From Rebecca billardiae RCC1528 (Eukaryota > Protista > Haptophyta), in contig OZ251225.1 in the NCBI GenBank assembly GCA_965240325.2, positions 1,674,001 to 1,738,000 of the forward strand: DNA of 64,000 nt, written 5' to 3'. The notes under the pieces are model-generated. The model worked only from the letters and a program-made list of their open reading frames with translations, was not told the origin of the DNA and made no database searches. This document shows, piece by piece, positions 56,668 through 64,000 of the stretch; position 1 is the first letter of the stretch; each line of letters starts with the position of its first letter. The position numbers and the translations under genes are program-made.

Positions 56668-56711
<44 letters not shown>
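56667..56711. repeat. (TA)n microsatellite
   Basis: Seen directly; one TG interruption. Confidence 0.97.
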
Positions 56712-56715
<4 letters not shown>

Positions 56716-57505
56716 TATAATGTCAGCTGTATTGCCGTTTTGGAAAGTGTGGTCAGGTGTATAGTTAGTTCGTCATATAAAAAATCTGCTGAGCCATAGA
56801 CTGTGACTGATTCCGTAGCTAATTACTAATTGTATCATTGTACGTCCGTGCCCCGGTCACTCCGGTGCCCGCCCCGGCAGGTGGCCGGTCACCGACACCG
56901 TGCCGGCACGGAGCACGGGGTATAATGATAATGACTAGCTTCGTTCAGTCATCAGTCCGTACTGCCGGACTGACCGCCTGCCGGTGACAACCCGAGACTG
57001 CTAGCTCCGCCACTCCTGAGTCCGATATGAATTACCGAATTCATTATCACTAGCGCTAGCTGCTTTGAATTATTATCAGTGCTCATGCACTGCTGTAACT
57101 GAGTACCGTCGGTCGAGTCTTCAGGCCTTTTAGCTCAATGCTACGCGGTAGTCCGTAGTGTTGTGTCACGGGCTGGTGCATGCTGATTAATGAAGCCGAG
57201 TTTGCTACTGCGCGATTAGTTAATATTTTATTGATGAATAAGTCTGCAGTGGCAGATGTCGTCCGAAGTCCTGGCCCTGCGGGCCTGCCCCTGCCCAGGC
57301 TGTGGCGGAACGGGTCGCGGACAGCCCGCAGACGAAGCCTGATGGGCCGGTCACCCGGCCGATGCCCCACCTCGAACCGGCCCCCGCCCCGGCCCAGCAG
57401 GGGGCCAGCCATCGCTCATAATCAGCCAATGAGATTCATCATGTTCGTCGTGCAGTTCATAGGCTTCGTAAGTCGGCTGTCTGTGCTGAGGACAGCTAGA
57501 CGCAT

Positions 57506-58252
57506 TCAGTCAGACTTGATGAAGCTCTTCACCAGCTCGGGGCGCACGTGCACGCGGTAGAAGTACACGCCGGCGGCAGCAGTCATGGCTGCGGTGCAGA
57601 GCGACCATGCGAGCGCCAGCGGCCACAGCCGCGTGGTGGTGCCACCGCCGTCCGCGCTGCTGTCGAGCGACGCAAACGCACCGTGCTTCATCCAGTGCAC
57701 CGCGCCATGCAGGTTGAGGATCGAGCCCTCGCGCAGGTACTGGAACTTGTCGCGCACGGGGTAGAGCGCGGCGGCAGATACGCGCCCGGCGTCACCGTGG
57801 AAGGCGGCGTTCATTCGGTTGGACACGTGCACGTGCTCCTTGTCGAGCACGCCCCAGAGCGTGAACGGTACGGGCAGGAATGCGCTCTGGCGTCCAGACG
57901 CAGACGACATGCCGACGCGGCACATCCAATGCGCCTCGAGCGCGACGAGCCGGCGGACAATCGCGTATAGCTGCGCGTCAACGAGCAGGCTGCAGCTGAA
58001 GAAGCCGTCCACGCCGTACACGAACGACAGAGGCGCGTCGCGCTCGACGCAGATGGGCGGCGGGCCCCACTCGCCCGAGGACACATTGCGACACTCGAAG
58101 GACAACTCGTCGCCAAAGGCGTACGGCGTGACCGAAGGGGCAGCTGGACGCTCCGTCGGCGCCGCGCCGCCGCCACACAGACACGCCGTCAACAGCCCGA
58201 CCAGAGCGAGGCCCCACCTTTGATTCCCACGTCGTCTTCGCGACGCAGCCAT
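57506..58252 (-). CDS. Uncharacterised type-I membrane protein with Cys-containing lumenal domain
   Basis: Signal peptide, Y.FGD....C...P.C.E...PL...YG pattern, C-terminal TM and KSFIKSD tail. Confidence 0.75.
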   Translation of the reverse strand: MAASRRRRGNQRWGLALVGLLTACLCGGGAAPTERPAAPSVTPYAFGDELSFECRNVSSGEWGPPPICVERDAPLSFVYGVDGFFSCSLLVDAQLYAIVRRLVALEAHWMCRVGMSSASGRQSAFLPVPFTLWGVLDKEHVHVSNRMNAAFHGDAGRVSAAALYPVRDKFQYLREGSILNLHGAVHWMKHGAFASLDSSADGGGTTTRLWPLALAWSLCTAAMTAAAGVYFYRVHVRPELVKSFIKSD

Positions 58253-58281
58253 CGCTCCGCGACGCTCGCCAGGAAGTCGTG

Positions 58282-60635
58282 GGCTTCATCCGGTTGCCAC
58301 ATTAAGCCTTGACCACCTGCCACATTAAGGGCCCCGCGACCGGCTGCCACATTAAGGCGACCGGCTGCCACATTAAGGATCCGCGCCAACGCTCGCACGG
58401 CCACCGACACGCCACGCGCGGAGCGATGCGCCGATGGTCTTCGGCTCGGTCGCAAACGTCCTGAACCGCGCTGGCCTGGTCAGTCGCCCTTTGCTCGACG
58501 CAGTCGTGCACTGGCCGGCGGAGGCAGTGGCGCCGGGCGTCGGGAAGCACTTCGAGTTCCTCGGTGAGGCTGGCGAGCCCGCGCCCGACAAGAAGCAGCG
58601 TGGCGGCGCGCGCGCGCCGTGCTCGCGGTGAAGTACGTGCTGCTCGCGAAGGGAAAGCAGTTCAAGCAGGGACACCTCGAGCACTCGGTAGATGATCTCG
58701 CCGTGCTCGCCGCTGACGGCCAGCGTGCGAAGCGCGCTGCTGGCATACACGGCGTTGAGCAGGTCACCGTGCGAGAGTGCTCCGTCAGACCCGTGGCCAA
58801 GGCCCTTGTCGATCAGCTGCGCTGAAGGGCGCGCGCAAGAGTGCGTGATGGAGGTCACTTCCAGGCAGGCTCCATGTTGGCTGCAGCGCTGCGTCTGCGC
58901 AGCATGCCCCCGCACGCGCGTCTGCGGGCGCACGCCTGCGCTCATCTGCAACCTGCGCTCGAGCTCAGCCTTGAGCGCGCTCAGCGTGCCCTTCAGCAGC
59001 TCGAGCTGTTCCTCCTTGCGCCGCGCGTCCGCGTGCGCCGCGAGTAGGTGCTTGTTCAGCGGCTGCACCTGCACCGCCGCGTGCTCGACGCTTGCCTCGA
59101 CCACCTCAACACGCACGCGCTCGCCGACGCGCTCCAGGGACTGCTGCGTCAGCTCATGCGCACAGTGGAGCGCCAGAGCGACACCTCCGCGCCGTCCACA
59201 GCGCTTATCGCCGGGCTGAGCGCTATGGAGAGCTACACGTGTGCCGAGGGCTCGAGCCCGACGACGCGAACGCAGTTCACCTCGCTGTACGACGAACGCC
59301 ACCTCGAGCGCACGAGCGCATGCGTCTACAGCGGGAGCACCGACGGCCGCTCCGGCAGGCTCGCCGCCGACTTCCCCAGTAGTAACTAGCATATCAAAGC
59401 CGTCTTCGGTAGCGCGCGAGGCTGGCTACAATACGGTGATGCTACACAACATGGGTTGCGTCACGCGCAGCACCACATGAGCGGCCGGCAGCGGCGTACC
59501 ATCGGCTGAGCTGTTCCTGAGTCACTGTTCCTCTGCAGAGGAACGTGCACGCGCGCGTCGACGAGCACTTACGCGCTCCGCAGCCTTCGGCACCTTGACA
59601 TCATTGCGCGTGCGCATGACAGGCGCGGATGGTTGCGCACTTGCGTGTCCGTTAGCGGCGCGCACGATCCGCGAGCACCGTCCGCCGGGGCCTTGCCATT
59701 GTCGACCTTGGACGGCGCACGGCGCACGGCGGCGCGCTCGCAGATTCGGTCGGGTAGCCCTCGCTGGACATGTGCTGGCCTCTGTTGCTCCGCTGCTCAT
59801 CGGACCGGGTGCCAATCAGTGGCCCACAATTGACGACCCGTTCGCCTGCCCCGCATGCTCGCACACGGGATGACTCAGCCTGGAGCCACCCCGGTCGAGA
59901 TTTCGGGATGTCAAAGCAGTGGCCGAGCATGCGCTCAAGCGCTCTCGTCCGCATGGAGCGTGACCTCTACCGTTCTACCGTCTGAGCGTCTGCCGTCACA
60001 TGAGTCGGACAAGTCCCCAAAGCTGGGTGCAACCAGTCCATCGGGAGTAGCCGCCAGGCCTCCCGCCACCACCGCAGCCGCGCCGCCCAGGGTTGTGAGT
60101 CCTGGGATTACCCGGGGTGGTCAGGCTGGCGCGCACGCTCGCGGACGCTTGGAACCCGCGCTCCCGCGCTGCGTCGCGTGTCACCCCTCGATCGTCGCCC
60201 CACCGCCACCTCTTCCATCCCATCACCACCCCTTCCTCGACATCCTCGGCCTTCGCCGCAGCACCGACGCCCCCGCGCGCGGCCGCTGTGGCAGCGGGCG
60301 ATCCGCGTGCGCTGCGCCGCCGCGCCGCCGCGCCGCCCAGAGTTGTGCAGCGCGGCCTGTGAGTCCTGCGAGCTGCCCTGTGTGGTCAGGCTGGTACGCA
60401 CGCTCGCGAACGCTTCGAACACTCGCTGCATAGCGTGTCGCCCCTCGATCGCCGCCCCACCGCCGCGTTTTCCTCCACGCACGGCGGCCGTCGCCGCCGC
60501 ACGAGCGCCCCGCTCGCGGGCCGCGCGCCTTAATGTGGTGGCGGGATCCTTAAATGTGGCAGTGGTCAACCGTCTGCCACATTAAGGCTTAATGTGGTGG
60601 CGGGATTCGGCTTAATGTGGTAACCGGCTGAAGTC
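58282..60635. mobile_element. Non-autonomous Mutator-like (Pack-MULE-type) DNA transposon
   Basis: 27-bp TIRs (58282-58308 and 60609-60635, 3 mismatches), 9-bp TSD GAAGTCGTG (58273-58281, 60636-60644), subterminal CCACATTAAG arrays, no transposase. Confidence 0.9.
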
Positions 60636-60884
60636 GAAGTCGTGGCCAACCGACAGTGGATGATCGTCCGACCATTGTTGATTGTACACATACATACTAC
60701 TGCTGTACAATTGTTACACAAGCGAAGCTCGGAGTCTGTCGAGTCTTTACCCCCAGCATACGACGTTTTGTGGACGACGGTGGGGCGAGGACGACGGGCG
60801 CTGGCGCGCCGCGAGGCGGCCGCAGCCCTCATCCAGGCCTCGCAGGCGGACGGCTGAACGAATTTTTCCGGCGGCGCTACCATC

Positions 60885-60968
60885 GGCGACGGCTTCATGG
60901 GCGGTGACAGTTGGCGGGCGTCAATCTCGCCTGCCTGAGCTGTGTGCGTCTCTTATTCTTAGTAAACT
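60885..60968 (+). repeat. Dispersed ~85-bp repeat, copy 2
   Basis: Identical to 33137-33222 except for a TA indel near the 3' end. Confidence 0.92.
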
Positions 60969-61058
60969 AAAACTGTATTACATGCTGCTTGATTCAGCTG
61001 AATCATTGTTGATTTTCATCACTGGGCGGCACCTCAGAGTGCGGCGTCACAACATGGC

Positions 61059-61625
61059 TCAGAGCGCGTCAGAGTCGTCACTCCCTGCCTCGAAGAAGCT
61101 CGACAGCTTCACCGGGCCGGCAACCTTGTCCTTGTCCTTTCTCCTGCTCTTCTTGCCGCGAGCGTCGTCGTCATCGGAGCCGCTGCTGGAGCTCTCGTCA
61201 TCCTTGCGACGCTTCTTGTCCTTCCCCTTGCGGTGCTTCTTGCGCTCGTCCTTGCCCTTCTTCTTCTTGTCCTTCTCTTTGTCCTTTTTCGAGCCCTTGC
61301 CCTGCTCCCGCTCCTGCCGCTCCTTCTCGCGCGCCTCTGCGCGCTCCTGCAGCCGGCGCTCGCGCTCCTCGTCCAGCTGCTGCCGGTACTTGATCATGTC
61401 CATGCCAACGCCGTAGAACTCGGCCTCCTCCTCCTCCTTCTTCTTCTGTTGCTGCGCTTTCCACTCGTCCCACGAGAGCCTCTCCGGCTGGTTCAGCAGC
61501 ATCTCGAGCTCCCGCTGCTGGTACTCCTTCGAGTGGAACTCGCGCTTCTCCCACATCTCCTCATAGCTCTCGCCGCCGCCGCCGCCGCCAGTGTGGCGCA
61601 CGGGCTTGTTGGCGTTCTTTCCCAT
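61059..61625 (-). CDS. FAM133-like Lys/Glu-rich nuclear protein
   Basis: MGKN start, RLSWDEWK, YRQQLDEERERRL, Lys tracts and GPVKLSSFF. Confidence 0.7.
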   Translation of the reverse strand: MGKNANKPVRHTGGGGGGESYEEMWEKREFHSKEYQQRELEMLLNQPERLSWDEWKAQQQKKKEEEEAEFYGVGMDMIKYRQQLDEERERRLQERAEAREKERQEREQGKGSKKDKEKDKKKKGKDERKKHRKGKDKKRRKDDESSSSGSDDDDARGKKSRRKDKDKVAGPVKLSSFFEAGSDDSDAL

Positions 61626-61868
61626 CGCGCGAAGGCTGCGCGCGGCTGAGTGGAGCCAAACGAGCCGCTGCGCCCGGCGAGCAGATACGCTCGGCGCCCG
61701 GGTGCGCTCGCGCCCTTGAGCAGATAAGCCGAGCGCTTCGAGTCGTGGGTGGGCACACCCGGGGATGGAAGCCCTGGCTGCTGCAGACTGTGCATCCGCC
61801 GACTGTGTCCGGTGGAGTCGCTCGTCCGGGCAAGCCGGCTTGGGCACAAGCTGCCTCTGCACGTGACA

Positions 61869-62501
61869 ATGGCTGACGGTCGGACGCGTGCCCCGCGCGG
61901 GGAGCGTCGCGGCGGTGGTGGTGGGCGCGGCCGCGGCGAGACCGCCGGCCCTCCGTCAGTGAGCTCCGTCAAGAAGCAGCTGCGCAGCGTGCAGCGCATC
62001 CTCAATAAGCCCGACCTGCCGGAAGAGGCGCGCGCAAAGCAGGAGGCCGTGCTCAAGGAGCTCGAGGGCAAGCTCCGGGCGGCCAAACGGTCGCGCCTCG
62101 AGAGCCACCGCGCGACGAAGTATCACAAAGTGAAGTTCTTCGAGAGGCGAAAATGCGACCGCCGCATCCGGCGGGCCGAGAAGGAGCTGGCCGGCGCGGA
62201 GGGTAGCTCTGCGCGCGCGGCCATCGAGGCACGGCTCGAGGCGCTCCGCGCCGATCTGCAGTACATCCGATTCTACCCGCCGGAGCATAAGTACATCTCT
62301 CTCTATGCGAAGGAGAGCCAGGACTCGGAGTTCCTCGAGCGGAGGCGTCGGAAGATGCGCGCGCTCGTCGCAAAGCGCGTCGCCGACGCAGCTGCGCGAG
62401 GCGTCGAGCTCGAGTCCGGCGACGAGGAGGGCGACGAGGAGGGCGACGGCGCCGGTGGTCGTGACGATGAGCCTGAGGACGACTTCTTCGTCGCCGCATG
62501 A
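61869..62501 (+). CDS. EFG1: rRNA-processing protein EFG1
   Basis: KKQLRSVQRIL, KYHKVKFFERRK, DLQYIRFYP...KYISL and terminal DDFF. Confidence 0.9.
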   Translation: MADGRTRAPRGERRGGGGGRGRGETAGPPSVSSVKKQLRSVQRILNKPDLPEEARAKQEAVLKELEGKLRAAKRSRLESHRATKYHKVKFFERRKCDRRIRRAEKELAGAEGSSARAAIEARLEALRADLQYIRFYPPEHKYISLYAKESQDSEFLERRRRKMRALVAKRVADAAARGVELESGDEEGDEEGDGAGGRDDEPEDDFFVAA

Positions 62502-63535
62502 GCCAGCATCGACGCGACGTCGTGCTCACAATGGCGGCCGCATTGCAGACAACTCAGATTCAGGCACGCACATCACAGCTCAGGCGGCACCCTTCCGACA
62601 CGGCGAGTCTGTCCCGAGTCCAACGGGCCGCGCCGCGGGCCGCCCGGTGCCCCGGTGGCCGTGCGCCGACGGCGAGCTTGTCAAATTATTTCGGCGCCGA
62701 GTCCGACCAGCCTCACTTAAATTGCAGTACAGTAGAGTAAGCTAGCTACTGGCTGAGTCACTGCTGCTGACACTAGTGGATCATGATCATATTATGATAA
62801 TGTCAGTAGTGCCGCACTCGGACCAGGCCGCACTCGTAACTCGGGCCATTCACTCGCGAGACTCACTCACACTGAGATCTGTCATCTGCGTGCTGAATCA
62901 GCCATCAGGCTCGGTCTGGCTCCCGCCGCGCCAGTAGCCGTCGGGTCTCGTCGGGACGACGTGGCGGTGGTCGTGCGCCAGGCTTACGTGCGGTGTGTGA
63001 CTGTGCGGCGTGACTACGGTGCTGACTGTGTCTGTGAGTCCGCTGCACCGTCGGGCCCCGTGTTCCGTGTCTGACCGTGTCGTAAATTATTAGCCATCGC
63101 GTCATATTAGTTACCGAATCATTACGGGTCAGCGGGCATCAGGGCTACAGTAACTACTCAGTAGGCTGCGAGTGCGGCGCGGGGCCTGACGAGTGACGAG
63201 GCCGGCGCGTCAGTCGTGATTCGGGTCAAGCAATCATAATGCGCGGGGCGACTGAGGCTGATTCCAGTCAGAGTAGTCAGATGACTTGCATCACTTGCAG
63301 TTCCTCGGGTGAGTTCCTCGACCTCAGTACTACTACTAGTTCACCTCGGACCGATACATTAGTCCTAATTTATTATATACTGTCTTCCGCTTGAGGCTAA
63401 CTGAGTGGCAGAGTGCGCACGGAACGATGAAGTCATGAAGTGGCAGCCGGGGCCGGGCGGCAGACCCGGCGACTCACCGAGGTCCGAGCCCGGAATCGCC
63501 GGTCACGGTGCTCACGGCTCATCAGTGTATCGTCA

Positions 63536-64000
63536 TCAGCCCTCGCTCCCAGCTGTGCTCAGCATGCAGATGAGCAGACTTAAGTCCTGGAGACGCGGAA
63601 CTGCATTGAAGCCGTGCTGCCAGACGATGCGAAGATTTGGGTTCTTCATGATGGCAGCTTGAACTGCTTGTGTGTGCCGTTGGACAAAGGCTTGAAATGC
63701 TTCATCTTGATCATCGCATGTGGTCACTGCTTCAAGCGTAGGGACCACGGACTCCTCGCTCGCCCGCTTCATCGCCGGGACGCACGAGTCGAGCAGAAAA
63801 AAATCGAGCTCGGCCTGCAGCGCTTCGCGGTCGGCCCCGCTGGTTGGCCTGCGCAACGTGCCCGTGCGCAGGAAGTCGAGGATGCGCCCAAAGTGCGCGC
63901 CGGGTCGATCGATGAAGACGTGGCCATCCTCTTCCGTCGCGACCTCGATGCCCTCTCGACCGCTGAACATTGTGCCCAGCATCGAGTCGGGATATCGGCA
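63536..64000 (-). CDS. BTB/POZ (KCTD-like) protein; the 5' end lies outside the window
   Basis: YPDSMLGTMFSG...FIDRPGAHFGRILDFLRTG...ELDFF. Confidence 0.85.
   Translation of the reverse strand, partial: CRYPDSMLGTMFSGREGIEVATEEDGHVFIDRPGAHFGRILDFLRTGTLRRPTSGADREALQAELDFFLLDSCVPAMKRASEESVVPTLEAVTTCDDQDEAFQAFVQRHTQAVQAAIMKNPNLRIVWQHGFNAVPRLQDLSLLICMLSTAGSEG

Noticed and set aside
57120-57180. GGCCTTTTAGCTCAAT resembling a tRNA 5' end or U2 snRNA
   Set aside because: No T-arm or acceptor stem, and no U2 branch-pairing sequence follows.
58373-59392. 339-aa ORF as a genuine gene or transposase
   Set aside because: No DDE or MULE motifs; it reads as a chimera of fragments inside the element.

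Overview
GC-rich, compact, intron-containing eukaryotic DNA. By inference it is a haptophyte-type alga (Pavlovales/Diacronema-like), based on GTGCG intron donors, a bipartite-targeted plastid EF4 and an EsV-1-7 protein. About 30 protein genes are supported, 24 of them in 12 tight head-to-head pairs separated by AT-richer, stutter-rich spacers. Housekeeping genes include uL10m, SRP19, an OTU deubiquitinase, MVD, a DEAD-box helicase, SWC6/ZNHIT1, TMEM186, LepA, EngB, an AIR-like zinc knuckle protein, NHX, a RAP/OPR protein and EFG1. Top observations: (1) an intronless protein of nine near-identical 38-aa EsV-1-7-type Cys/His repeats whose variation is concentrated at fixed positions, a TALE-like architecture with an NLS; (2) a 2.35-kb Pack-MULE-like element with 27-bp TIRs and a 9-bp TSD, carrying captured gene fragments and sitting 29 bp upstream of a host ATG; (3) several unusual domain architectures: an EEP nuclease with AT-hook/Trp repeats, a signal-peptide ribokinase-isomerase fusion, a tail-anchored MVD with a CP motif, an Orai-like channel lacking the filter Glu, a zinc-less ZNHIT1, and NHX-IQ-CUE; (4) evidence that intergenic DNA diverges mainly by micro-insertions. 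All family assignments come from motif recognition by eye, not database searches.
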